A stretch of DNA of 64,000 bases from Candidatus Eiseniibacteriota bacterium (lineage in GTDB: Bacteria > Eisenbacteria > RBG-16-71-46 > CAZAMP01). Position numbers and translations under genes: made by a program. Shown here piece after piece: positions 50,576-60,225 of this stretch (its first letter is position 1; the number at the start of each line of letters is the position of its first letter). The stretch is from the NCBI GenBank assembly GCA_965224245.1, contig OZ245046.1, positions 928,001 to 992,000 on the forward strand, given 5' to 3'. The notes below the pieces were generated by a model, which did not search any database, had not been told where the DNA came from, and saw only the letters and a program-made list of their open reading frames with translations.

Positions 50576-50613
50576 GTTCGAGCCCCACGCGGTTGCCCGC
50601 CTGGGGTTCGAAC
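50576..50613. terminator. GC-rich hairpin between convergent genes
   Basis: GTTCGAGCCCCA...TGGGGTTCGAAC stem; homologous to 29280-29313. Confidence 0.6.
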
Positions 50614-50637
50614 TGCTTCGCAGCAAACCGCTACCCG

Positions 50638-51978
50638 CTACCGATACCGGGCCTTGAGCTTCGACCAGGTCGCCGACTCCACGGGGGTGTCGCCCCCCAG
50701 CTTCTCGACCTGATCCTGGAACTCCTGGACGGTGTAGCCCGCGATGGCGTCCACCTGGAGCTGGGTCCGTTGCGCGTCGATGAACGTCGTCAGCTCCGCA
50801 CTTCCCAGCTCCTCGAACTCGTCGAGCAGTGCGTTGAGGCGATCCTCCATGTCCTGGGTGATGACGACGCCGTCGCCGGTGCCGTCCACGAGTGCCTCCA
50901 GCGCGTCGATCCAGTCGGGGATGGCCTGATGGACGCGATAGAAGAAAGTGGGGCGGCCCAGCACCGCGCGCCAGATCTGTGGGGAGAGGTCGTCGTACCG
51001 GGCGATGTAGTACTGCCCTTCCTCGGTGCCGGCCAGGATCTCGTCGCGGTACCGCTGAAGCACCGTCACCATGCGACTGAGCTCACCTCCGCCGCGTGTC
51101 AGAAGGCGGAGGGGCCAGGACCAGTCGCAGATGCCGTACTTCTGGCAGCCGAGCGGGCAATCCCCAAGGCTGGTGAGCCTGAGCAGCCCCGCGACACCGC
51201 AGAGAGCGCACTCCTGAGCGCCACCGCTTTCTGCGAAGAGGATGGCGGCCCTGAGGTCGAGGATGTGATCGAGCCCTCCGGGCATGGGGCCGGTCTCCAG
51301 CGAGAACGACTCCACGCGGAACGGCTCGGGTCCGGGCCACGGGGAGAAGACGACGGTGGCCTCGTCCACGCCGTCGAAGGTGACCGACCCCTCCCAGGGC
51401 ACCATGGTGGACGTCCAGCGGAGGCTGACGGGAGCCTCCGGAACGCGATTGAGGCGAATCGTGATCGGAAGGTCCTGGCCACCGTAGCCGGCGAACCAGT
51501 AGTCACCCGCCGGGTCGGCGAAGGCATCGCCGACGTCGATCGTGGGCTCCAGGGGGGCTCCATCGAAGTCGTCGTCGAGAAGGGTCACGGTGGTGGAGAC
51601 GAAATCCCCCGGATCGGCACCATCGAACGAGATGATCGTGACGGTGAAGGACTCGTCCGACTCGTAGAACTCGTCGTCGAAGAGATCGATGGCCACTTCC
51701 TTGTCCTGCGGATCGCCGATGTCCCACTGGACTCCGATGGAGAGCCCCACGTAGTCCACAGTCTCGGTCGCGGTCCCGCCCTCGGTGCTGCAGTAGATGA
51801 AGACAGAAGCGGCCGGAGGTTCGGACAGCCGCACCGTGGCAACCGCCTGGGATGCATCTTCGGCGACGGAGTAGCTGTCCGAGACGAAGCTCACGGTGGC
51901 GGCGTGCGCGTGTGGCGTGAACATGCTCGCGATCACGACACCGGCCGCTCCCAAGGCCGGAGACGAAAGGTGACGCAT
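50638..51978 (-). CDS. Exported Calx-beta domain protein with CFI-box-CTERM-like helical domain and TWSKLK tail
   Basis: GGAGG + ATG 51978, signal ending HAHA; VSF.SDSYSVAED...GGTATETVDY...DDEFYESDESFTV; LQRYRDEILAGTEEGQYYIARYDDLSP; ends SATWSKLKARYR. Confidence 0.8.
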   Translation of the reverse strand: MRHLSSPALGAAGVVIASMFTPHAHAATVSFVSDSYSVAEDASQAVATVRLSEPPAASVFIYCSTEGGTATETVDYVGLSIGVQWDIGDPQDKEVAIDLFDDEFYESDESFTVTIISFDGADPGDFVSTTVTLLDDDFDGAPLEPTIDVGDAFADPAGDYWFAGYGGQDLPITIRLNRVPEAPVSLRWTSTMVPWEGSVTFDGVDEATVVFSPWPGPEPFRVESFSLETGPMPGGLDHILDLRAAILFAESGGAQECALCGVAGLLRLTSLGDCPLGCQKYGICDWSWPLRLLTRGGGELSRMVTVLQRYRDEILAGTEEGQYYIARYDDLSPQIWRAVLGRPTFFYRVHQAIPDWIDALEALVDGTGDGVVITQDMEDRLNALLDEFEELGSAELTTFIDAQRTQLQVDAIAGYTVQEFQDQVEKLGGDTPVESATWSKLKARYR

Positions 51979-52141
51979 CGGGGCCTCCATGCGTGTATGA
52001 CGGTCGATCAGCTCGACGGTGGGCTCGGCATGGTCGCAGCGATCTCGGTCCGGACGACGTACGTCCGCCCCACTCCCTCAACGATACCAGAGGCGCATCC
52101 CACTGCGGGAGATGTGAACCGACGCAGCTCGCCCCGCGCAC

Positions 52142-53950
52142 CTAGAGGAGTGAAAGCAGACCGATCACCGTGATCGCCATGACGAGACTCAGGCCGATCC
52201 CGAAGCGCGCGAAGTCGCGCGCCCGGTAGCCGCCAGGGCCCATCACCATGAGGTTCCACTGGGACATGGGGAGCACGAAGGCGCAGCTGCAGCCGTAGGC
52301 CACGGCCAGGAGCGCGCGTTCCAGCGGTATGTGACTGCCGAGCGCGAACTCGGCCGCGATGGGAGCGATGATGACCGCCGCCGCACTGTTGGAGCTGGTC
52401 ACCGAGACGGCTGCCGCCAGGAAGAACAGACTTCCGAGCATGGCGGGCTTTCCGAGGGGGGCGGTGACCGAGAGCAGCGCCTGTGCGGCGGTCGAGGCCA
52501 CGCCCGTCGTTTCCAGCGCCAATCCGAGGGGGAGGGTGCCGGCGATGAGGAAGACGACCTTCCACTCGATCGCCCGATGCGCGTCCTCCAGCGCCACGCA
52601 GCGAGTGACCACCATGAGCAGTGCGGCGGCCAGTGCGCTCACGGCGAGCGGCGCGAGGCCCAGGATCGGAGGCAGGATCGCCACCAGCAGCAACAGAAGT
52701 GCCAGTGGTGCGCGTGCCACATCCGCTGCCTCCGACTGGTCGCTGAGCACGATGTAGTCCGGATCGCGCGAGAGCGTGCGAACGCTCTCCGCCGGCCCCG
52801 AGACGAGCAACGCATCCCCCATCTCCAGCGGGATCTTCGCCGGATTCCTCACCGGGGCGTTTCGTCTCCAGAGGGAGATCACGTTGAGTCCGTATCGCTT
52901 GCGGAAGTGGAGCTCGCGGAGCGAGTGGCCGAAGACCGGCGAACGCGGCGAGATGGCGACCTCGGCGAGCATCTGACCCCGACCGAGGATGTGCTCGATC
53001 GCACGGGGTCCGGCGAGACCGAACTGCAGGAGCTCGTCCTCGGCGAAACCCCAGGCGGCCTCGTCGTCGCCCTCCACGTAGAGCGTATCGCCGGGCTCCA
53101 GTCGGAGCTCCGGGTCGGGCGTGAGCGCGTGGGAGACGAGACCGCGCTGGCGATGCACGAGCACGATGCTGAGCCCGTGGCGACCGCGGATGTCGGCCTC
53201 GGCGATGGTCTGTCCCGCGACCGAGGACTGTGGCACGACCCGCATGAGGCAGAGGTCGCGGGTGAGCCCGTAGCTCATCGCCAGCTCCTCGGGCAGGCGT
53301 GCGGCCCGCAGGCGGTCCTCGGTCGGGCGATCGGGGAGCAGCTTGCGTCCGATCGTGAGCGTGAAGAGAATCCCGGTCACCACGATCGGCAGTCCGATCA
53401 ACACGAAACGAAAGACGGAGAACGGCTCGCCCGTTCGGCCCTCCAGGTAGCCCGATACCAGCAGGTTCGGGGGTGTCCCGATGACGGTGAGCGTGCCTCC
53501 GAGCACCGAGGCCGAGGCCATGGGCAGGAGGAGTCGTGACGGCGAGAGCATGCACCGGCGAGAGAGCGTGACGGCCGCGGGAAGGAACAGGGCGGTGGAG
53601 GCGGCATTGCTCATGAACCCCGAGACGGTGGCGGTGGCGGACATGATCATCAGCACGATTCTGCGCTCGCTGCGGCTTGCCAGCCGCATGATGGTGCCCG
53701 CGACGAGCCCCGCGAGACCGCTGCTCTGCAGCCCCGCGCCGACGACGAAGATGGCCCCCAGCGCAATGACGGCGGGGTTTCCGAAGCCGTGTAGCACCGT
53801 GATCGGATCGTCGAAGATGCCCGTGATCGCGAGCAACACGGGGATGCCCAGTGCCACGATCTCCGGAGGAAGCCACTTCCGCACGAACGTGACCACTGCC
53901 GCGACGAGAATGCCGATGACGATCCAGCCCTGAGGTTCCATGCGGGGCAT
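52142..53950 (-). CDS. SLC13/DASS-family permease with two TrkA-C (RCK-C) domains
   Basis: Many TM segments, GFGNPAVI, SGFMSN, LGGTLTVIGTPPNL, two RCK-C repeats, NLMVMGPGGYR..DF.RFG; start approximate. Confidence 0.9.
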   Translation of the reverse strand: MPRMEPQGWIVIGILVAAVVTFVRKWLPPEIVALGIPVLLAITGIFDDPITVLHGFGNPAVIALGAIFVVGAGLQSSGLAGLVAGTIMRLASRSERRIVLMIMSATATVSGFMSNAASTALFLPAAVTLSRRCMLSPSRLLLPMASASVLGGTLTVIGTPPNLLVSGYLEGRTGEPFSVFRFVLIGLPIVVTGILFTLTIGRKLLPDRPTEDRLRAARLPEELAMSYGLTRDLCLMRVVPQSSVAGQTIAEADIRGRHGLSIVLVHRQRGLVSHALTPDPELRLEPGDTLYVEGDDEAAWGFAEDELLQFGLAGPRAIEHILGRGQMLAEVAISPRSPVFGHSLRELHFRKRYGLNVISLWRRNAPVRNPAKIPLEMGDALLVSGPAESVRTLSRDPDYIVLSDQSEAADVARAPLALLLLLVAILPPILGLAPLAVSALAAALLMVVTRCVALEDAHRAIEWKVVFLIAGTLPLGLALETTGVASTAAQALLSVTAPLGKPAMLGSLFFLAAAVSVTSSNSAAAVIIAPIAAEFALGSHIPLERALLAVAYGCSCAFVLPMSQWNLMVMGPGGYRARDFARFGIGLSLVMAITVIGLLSLL

Positions 53951-54305
53951 GGTAGTCCACCCGGGCGGCAAGTGGGACGCGGATTTGCCCGGAGAATGGG
54001 TCCAGCTCTCCATCGGGTGAGTGGCCAACACATGAACGTCTTCTGGAGTGTCGGGAGTCCTACCGAGTCGGGCGTCGAGGTCCCCTTCTCGAACGCAGCC
54101 GGGGACCGGCGCACTTCGGGAACCGAGACGAGCTGCTGGAAGCGACGATGGTCACCTCTGCCGTCGGGGTCCCTCTGTCGTCTCATCTGTGAACGCGAGC
54201 CTGGCGGGAGTACAATCAGGGCCGACCACACCGCTCGCGCCGCAGCCGCGCATGGCTCACCCTGCCCTGGGTGACGTCGGTTTGGCCCCATCAGGAGGTA
54301 CCGCC

Positions 54306-56555
54306 ATGATGGATGCTGACGGCCACGAGTCAGATCACGGGAGAGCTCCTTTCCGCACGATCCCCATCCTTCGGGTTCACTGCCTCGCGTGGAACGGCTC
54401 GTGCACGGCGTTCCTGGCTGCCGGCGCTCTGAGCGTGTGTCTCGCGCATGCCGCGGCGACGGGAGCGTGCATCGACTACGGAGACTATCTGCACTGGGTC
54501 GGGAACGTCGATGTGCCGAACGCTCGCGACGTGGCGATCTCCGGCAGCTACGCCTACGTCGCGGGCGGGGATTCTGGACTTCTCGTTCTCGACGTCACGA
54601 CTCCGGAGTCCCCGGTCATGGTGGGGAGCGTCAGCACGCCGGGCTTCGCCAGCCGCGTTGCGGTCTCGGGGAGCCATGCCTACGTGGCGGTGGAGTCGGG
54701 GCTCCAGGTGGTGGAGATCACGACCCCGGAGTCGCCGGCGATCGTGGGGAGCGTGGCCACCCCGGGTGTTGCCAACGGTGTCGCGGTTGCCGGGAGCTAC
54801 GCCTACGTCATGGATGGAGAGGGTCTTCAGGTCGTGGACATCACGACGCCGGAGTCGCCCGCGATCGTGGGGAGCGTCGCCACCCCGGGTTCTTCCCACG
54901 GTGTTGCGATTGCTGGGAGCTACGCCTACGTCGCGGACGTGTCCTCGGGTCTTCAGGTCGTGGACATCACGACGCCGGGGTCACCGACCATCGTGGGGAG
55001 CGCGAGCACACCGGGGCGCGCCTTCGGCGTCGTGGTCTCCGGGAGCCATGCCTACGTCGCGGACGAGCTCTCGGGTCTGCAGGTCGTTGACGTCACGACG
55101 CCGGAGTCGCCGACCATCGTGGGGAGCGTCGACACATCGGGCGAGGCGATGGGTGTCGCAATCTCCGGGAGCACCGCCTACGTTGCGGATGGGTCCTCGA
55201 CGCTCCAGGTCCTGGACATCGCGACGCCGGAGTCACCAGCCATCGTCGGGAGCGTCGGCACGTTGGGCCATGGCTTCAACGTGCTGATCTTCGGGAGCTA
55301 CACCTACGTCGCGGCCGGAGAGTCGGGTCTTCAGGTGGTGGATGTCGCATCGCCGGAGTCCCCGGCCGCCGTCGGAAGCGCTGACACCCCCTTCCATGCT
55401 GACCAGGTCGCCGTCTCTGGAAGCTACGCCTACGTCACGGACAGCGAGTCGGGTCTTCAGGTGCTCGACATCGCGACACCCACGATGCCGATGATCGTGG
55501 GTAGCGTCGACACGCCGGGTACAGCCTACGGCGTCGCGGTCTCCGGGAGCCACGCGTATGTCGCGGACAACGAAGCGGGTCTCCAGGTGGTGGACATCGC
55601 GACGCCGGAGTCACCGATGATCGTGGGCAGCGCCGACACGCCGGCTTTTGCCCGGAGCGTCGCCGTCTCCGGGAGCCACGCTTACGTCGGAGATGCGGGT
55701 CTCCAGGTGGTCGACATCGCGACGCCGGAGTCGCCGACGGTCGTGGGGAGTGTGGGCTCTCCACTGTTTGGCGTCAGCGGTGTGGCGGTCTCCGGCAACT
55801 ACGCCTACGTCGTGGACGAGAGCTGGGGACTCTGGGTCGTGGACATCACGATGCCGGAGTCGCCCGCGATCGTGGGCGACGCCAGCACATCGGACATTGC
55901 CCTGGGCGTCGTGGTCTCCGGTAGCTACGCCTACGTCGCGGTTGGAGTGTCGGGTCTTCAGGTGGTGGACATCACGACGCCGGAGGCACCGGCCATCGTG
56001 GGGGGCGTCGACACGCCGGGTCAGGTGTGGGCCATTGCGATCCAGAAGGGTCACGCCTACGTGGCCGATGGCTTCCCGGGCCTTCGGGTGGTGGACATCA
56101 CGGAGCCGACCTCGCCGACCATGGTGGGGGACGTTCCCCTGGACGCCTACGACGTCGCGATCTCCGGGAGCTACGCCTGCGTCGTGGGGGGGATCTCGGG
56201 GGGTCTTCACATCTTGCCGCTGCAGTGCGACGTGACTCCTGTCGACCCCGGTGGACCACCGCCCTCCGAGGTCGTACCGGCGCTACGACTCGTGGGTAGC
56301 CCCAACCCGTTCTCGAGCTTCACACGCGTGTCCTTCGCCCTGCCGACGGAAGGCCCGGCATCGCTCGAGGTGTTCGACGTCGGTGGACGGTTCGTGGCCG
56401 CTCGGGATCTCGGCTGGCTCGAGGCCGGCGTTCACGGGATCGACGTCGATGGGCGGGATGCCGACGGCCGCCGGATTCCTCCGGGCGTCTGGTTCGTGCG
56501 GCTACAGACCCCGGAGGGGGTGAGCGAGACGTTGAGGATGGTCCGGGCTCAGTAG
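54306..56555 (+). CDS. Exported LVIVD-repeat protein (14 repeats) with FlgD-Ig CTD
   Basis: AGGAGG + ATG 54306; signal ending LAHAAA; CIDYGDYLHW start; 14 repeats VGSV.TPG.A.GVAVSGSYAYVAD..SGLQVVDI.TPESP; SPNPFSSFTRVSF CTD. Confidence 0.88.
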   Translation: MMDADGHESDHGRAPFRTIPILRVHCLAWNGSCTAFLAAGALSVCLAHAAATGACIDYGDYLHWVGNVDVPNARDVAISGSYAYVAGGDSGLLVLDVTTPESPVMVGSVSTPGFASRVAVSGSHAYVAVESGLQVVEITTPESPAIVGSVATPGVANGVAVAGSYAYVMDGEGLQVVDITTPESPAIVGSVATPGSSHGVAIAGSYAYVADVSSGLQVVDITTPGSPTIVGSASTPGRAFGVVVSGSHAYVADELSGLQVVDVTTPESPTIVGSVDTSGEAMGVAISGSTAYVADGSSTLQVLDIATPESPAIVGSVGTLGHGFNVLIFGSYTYVAAGESGLQVVDVASPESPAAVGSADTPFHADQVAVSGSYAYVTDSESGLQVLDIATPTMPMIVGSVDTPGTAYGVAVSGSHAYVADNEAGLQVVDIATPESPMIVGSADTPAFARSVAVSGSHAYVGDAGLQVVDIATPESPTVVGSVGSPLFGVSGVAVSGNYAYVVDESWGLWVVDITMPESPAIVGDASTSDIALGVVVSGSYAYVAVGVSGLQVVDITTPEAPAIVGGVDTPGQVWAIAIQKGHAYVADGFPGLRVVDITEPTSPTMVGDVPLDAYDVAISGSYACVVGGISGGLHILPLQCDVTPVDPGGPPPSEVVPALRLVGSPNPFSSFTRVSFALPTEGPASLEVFDVGGRFVAARDLGWLEAGVHGIDVDGRDADGRRIPPGVWFVRLQTPEGVSETLRMVRAQ

Positions 56556-56605
56556 TGGATCGCATCTGCGCCGTGATCTGACCGACGGCGCATGGAAGTC
56601 CGCGC

Positions 56606-57487
56606 TCATCTCCTCGGTGACGCGATGGGGCGGCCCGGGATGAGCTCAGATCTCGGGTCGCTCCCCCTCCGAATCCACACGAACGACATCATCGCCAGCC
56701 CGCCGAAGGTCAACGCGCTCAGTCCCGCGACGATCGATCGCGTCGCGTCGCCACCGGCCAGGGAACCCTCCGCGAGCAGTGACTGCACCTGATCCGGTCG
56801 CGCCACGAGCCACAACAGGAACACGGCGTCCACGAGACCGTGCACGATCATCCCCGGTATCGTGGATCTCGTGACGCGCGCCAGGATGCCCCAGCCCACG
56901 GCTCCGATCACGTACAGAGGCAAGATGACCAGAGCCGGCTGATGCGCCAGCGCGAACACGATGGCCACGGTGAGAACGGCCGGAACGGTGCCGTGACGCT
57001 CCTCGATGGGCACCTGCATGTATCCCCTGAACGCGGCTTCCTCGACGACACCCGTCATGAGCGCGAGCGTCAGGGCCAGCGCTACCGCGGTGATCAGTGG
57101 GAGCTCTGGCAGTACCGCGATCAATCCCAGAGCTCCCTCCGGCACCTCGATCAGGCTGTATCCGAGGATCACCAGCGAGGCGACGGTCATGCCGAGCATG
57201 GCGCCCGCGATGGTCACGGCCCCGATGTGGCCGCGAGGTGGGCACGCCCGAAGCCAGCGTCGTCGTACGGCACCGGTCGAGTGCGGAGGACCGTCTCCCC
57301 GCAGGTAGCGGAACAGCCCCCACAGTAGAAGTAGCTCCACCGGCACGGCCCATGGAATCGAAGGCGAGGTGGTGAGATTGATCTGAACCAGAATCGAGAA
57401 CGGCACCACACCGAGCAGCTGCACGCCGAGCCCGGTGAGAAGCGCTCGTACCAGGATCGGAATCCTCTGCCATGCACGCATGATCAT
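56606..57487 (-). CDS. CPBP-family (Abi/CAAX) intramembrane glutamic endopeptidase
   Basis: EEAAFRGY, FALAH and HGLVD motifs in a multi-TM protein; ATGA overlap with the TetR gene. Confidence 0.9.
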   Translation of the reverse strand: MIMRAWQRIPILVRALLTGLGVQLLGVVPFSILVQINLTTSPSIPWAVPVELLLLWGLFRYLRGDGPPHSTGAVRRRWLRACPPRGHIGAVTIAGAMLGMTVASLVILGYSLIEVPEGALGLIAVLPELPLITAVALALTLALMTGVVEEAAFRGYMQVPIEERHGTVPAVLTVAIVFALAHQPALVILPLYVIGAVGWGILARVTRSTIPGMIVHGLVDAVFLLWLVARPDQVQSLLAEGSLAGGDATRSIVAGLSALTFGGLAMMSFVWIRRGSDPRSELIPGRPIASPRR

Positions 57488-58167
57488 GACGTCACCTCTC
57501 TCGTGTCGACGCCGAGGTCGCCGGCGAGGTAGCGATACAAGGCGTCCGCGAGCTCGGTCGTGAGCTGCTCGTCGGTGAGCGAGAGGGCCACCACCTGGGG
57601 CGTGCCTCCGAGTACGACACGCTCGCGAATGGTTGCCATCACCATGTGGAGTCCGACCTCCAGCGCGAGGCGGGGCTGGGGATGACCCGTTTCATCCTCG
57701 CACTCACCGAGGAACCCATGGACCATTTCGAGGATGCGGGCCGCCGCTTCATGGATCGTGTCCGGGATCAGGTCGGGCTGACGGTAGTTTCGAAGCACGA
57801 GCGCCCGGATGAGCCCTCGCTGGCGTCGGGCCGTGTCGACCAGCCACTGAACCACCGTCGTCACGCGGCTCCGGAGCGCATCGCTCTCGTCGCGCGTTCG
57901 CGCAATCAGCCCGCCGAGCTCGTTCTCGATCTCGGCGTAGTGCAGTTCGAGGAGATGAGGTAGAAGCGCGTCCTTGCTGCCGAAGCGCTCGTAGAAGCTC
58001 CCCACCGAGAAGTCGCCGCGGGCCGCGATCTCCGCCACGGTCAGCTCCTCGAGCGTCTTCTTCTCCAGGGCACTGCGTGCGGCGGCGAGGATCCGCGAGA
58101 GAGTCTCCTTGCTTCGCTTCTGCACGGGCGCGTTCAGGGCGAGTCGGCGGTCCGGGGCGTCTCGCAC
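57484..58167 (-). CDS. TetR/AcrR-family transcriptional regulator
   Basis: AAGGAG + GTG 58167; QKRSKETLSRILAAA...LTVAEIAARGDFSVGSFYERFGSKDALL. Confidence 0.92.
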   Translation of the reverse strand: MRDAPDRRLALNAPVQKRSKETLSRILAAARSALEKKTLEELTVAEIAARGDFSVGSFYERFGSKDALLPHLLELHYAEIENELGGLIARTRDESDALRSRVTTVVQWLVDTARRQRGLIRALVLRNYRQPDLIPDTIHEAAARILEMVHGFLGECEDETGHPQPRLALEVGLHMVMATIRERVVLGGTPQVVALSLTDEQLTTELADALYRYLAGDLGVDTREVTS

Positions 58168-58197
58168 GGTGGGTCTCCTTTGCTCATGAGATCGACT

Positions 58198-58221
58198 GAA
58201 CCAGAATACATATTCTGGTTC
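58198..58221. promoter_or_regulatory. Probable TetR operator
   Basis: Perfect 11-bp inverted repeat GAACCAGAATA-CA-TATTCTGGTTC, 30 bp upstream of the TetR start. Confidence 0.75.
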
Positions 58222-58381
58222 TGATTTGTTGCATCGACCGGCGGGCCACATTCAATCAGTGGGAGAGACGCGGTTTCGGGGCTCTAAATGCTTGCAGTCG
58301 TGTCGTATACGAGGGGGTGAGCATTTGCGAGGGTATTGCCGGGCTCATCGAGACCTGGTAGCGCCGAGCCGCAAGCCGCAC

Positions 58382-58665
58382 TCACTCGCGGTAGGCCTCC
58401 AGGAAGGCCTGTGTCCGCACGGCGTAGTCGTCGTAGAACTCGTGGTTGGCGGCGAGGATGCGGATCTGCGAGAGCGTCTTGCCCTGCTGCAGATCGGTGA
58501 GCGCGAGAAGGGTGGGGAAGTCCTCGGGATGGCTGTTCAACGTACCCCGCAGGGTCTCGGGGTCGCCGACGACGTAGCCCTCTGCATCGAAGTGGTCCGA
58601 TGCAAGTAGCTCGGCGGCCACCATGGCCGAGGTGGTCGCGTCCACGCCCACGATGCGCTCGTGTG
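58382..58665 (-). pseudogene. Orphan 3' fragment of an unidentified protein
   Basis: Only the last ~93 codons of ORF 58382-59944 look protein-like (HERIVGVD...TQAFLEAYRE*); no start before the MBL gene. Confidence 0.4.
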
Positions 58666-58710
58666 AGGTTGTGTCAAGTCCTGCCTGCAGACGTGTCGAC
58701 CAGCCGTCCC

Positions 58711-59664
58711 TCAGAACCGGATCTCGGTTCCGAGGCCGGCCGGCACGAAGTCGTCTCCGTAGGCATCCATGAGTACCTTGAAGCCGAGGTGCCCGGTGCA
58801 GTGGGCCGGCGCGAGCCGTGCGACCTCCAGCTCCCGCTCGAGGCGCCGAGCCACGCCCTCCAGCTCGGTCCGGGTGTACGGAAGCAGGTGGAAGCCACCC
58901 ATCACCAGCGAGATGGGTTGGCCGAGCTCCTGCTTCGAGTGTCGCACGATCGTCTCGACGGTGCTGTGGGAGCAGCCGACGAGAACGACGCTTCCCTCGT
59001 CCGTGTCCAGGACCATGGAGAGCTCGGGCAGCTCGATGTAGCTGGCCTCTGCTGTCGACTCCTCTCCCTGGAGCCCGAGATTGGGGTAGCGACTGAACGT
59101 TCCGAGAAAGGGCGACGTGGTTGCCACCAGCGTGACGCCATCCGCGACCTCGGTCGTGGCCGTCACGTACTCGACGTTCGCCTTCCAGAACCGGCCGCTC
59201 GATCGGAGGACGATCTCGTCCCGGTCTCCACCGAAGTACCGCATCTCCACGGGGAGCTCGTTCACGATCTCCGGATCCGTTCCACCGATGTTGAACGCCA
59301 GCGGTGCCGCACCCCCGAAGAAGTCCTGCGGGAAGTAGATGCGGACATCCGGATTGACGTCGAGCAGGTAGTCGAAGCCCGAGATGTGATCGGCGTGGGA
59401 GTGTGACGCCACCGCGAAATCTATGGTCGTGAGATCGATGCCGAGTGCCTGCACGTTCGTGCGGAGGATGTCGGCGTCGGTCCCGGCATCGAAGAGGATC
59501 CGTGTCTCGCCGTACTCCACGTACGCAGAGAAGCCGAAGTCGTGAACGGTGCCGGGGATGGATGGTCCGAAGGCATCGTAGAGGTTGACGATCCGGCCGG
59601 ATCCCTTCGCCGCCCCGGCGAAAAGAAGCAGGCTGGCGGTCATGATCAGTGATGACCTGCTCAT
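58711..59664 (-). CDS. MBL-fold metallo-hydrolase, probably exported
   Basis: GGGAGA + ATG 59664, signal-like N-terminus; ILFDAG, SHSHADH, GCSH, GGFHL, PAHCTG. Confidence 0.88.
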   Translation of the reverse strand: MSRSSLIMTASLLLFAGAAKGSGRIVNLYDAFGPSIPGTVHDFGFSAYVEYGETRILFDAGTDADILRTNVQALGIDLTTIDFAVASHSHADHISGFDYLLDVNPDVRIYFPQDFFGGAAPLAFNIGGTDPEIVNELPVEMRYFGGDRDEIVLRSSGRFWKANVEYVTATTEVADGVTLVATTSPFLGTFSRYPNLGLQGEESTAEASYIELPELSMVLDTDEGSVVLVGCSHSTVETIVRHSKQELGQPISLVMGGFHLLPYTRTELEGVARRLERELEVARLAPAHCTGHLGFKVLMDAYGDDFVPAGLGTEIRF

Positions 59665-60057
59665 CGATTCTCCCAGTGTGACGGGTGTGAACGTGCCAGT
59701 CGCCACGGGCGTTGCGACGATTCCATCCTATCCTACCCGGCTGACCGGCATCGCGTGATCCTCGCCGGTCGAACGTGCTCGGCGTGTCAGAGCTCGGGCC
59801 CAACCCGGTCACTCGGCGCAGGCTCGAAGACGGCTCTCCTCGCCAGCTTTGAAGGACTGTTCGATCGGTTGCGGTAACGTGCTGATGAAAGCCACGTTGT
59901 CGGGGTCGATGGACGGGCCGCGAGCGAGAGCGTGCACGCCTCACACGGCGCGCTGAGAGTCCGAGAATGATACAGGCGCATCATTGAGGTCATGCTGCGC
60001 AAATAAATAGAATCTCCCGGTAACTTTCCATCTATAGCACGACGCGTCACGAGCGAC

Positions 60058-60137
60058 ATGGACGAGACCATTCGTCTGGTCGAGCGTTCGGACGCTCCGG
60101 CGTCCGGCAGGCGCTGCGGGAGCTGGACGTCGCGCCC
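60058..60137 (+). mobile_element. Possible second relic of the IS3-like OrfB N-terminus
   Basis: ETIRLVERSDAP then, after a frame change, VRQALRELDVA; compare EKLEIIRLV in 2913-3266. Confidence 0.35.
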
Positions 60138-60225
60138 ACCGGAGTCAGCCGGCACCCCGTGCGGCAACGTCGGCTCCTCACCGACAGCGATCAGTCGTAG
60201 GGTCCTACGACGCAGGAGATCAATC

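Noticed and set aside
58382-59944. 520-aa minus-strand ORF as a real gene
   Set aside because: Most of it overlaps the MBL hydrolase in another frame; only the last ~93 codons look protein-like.
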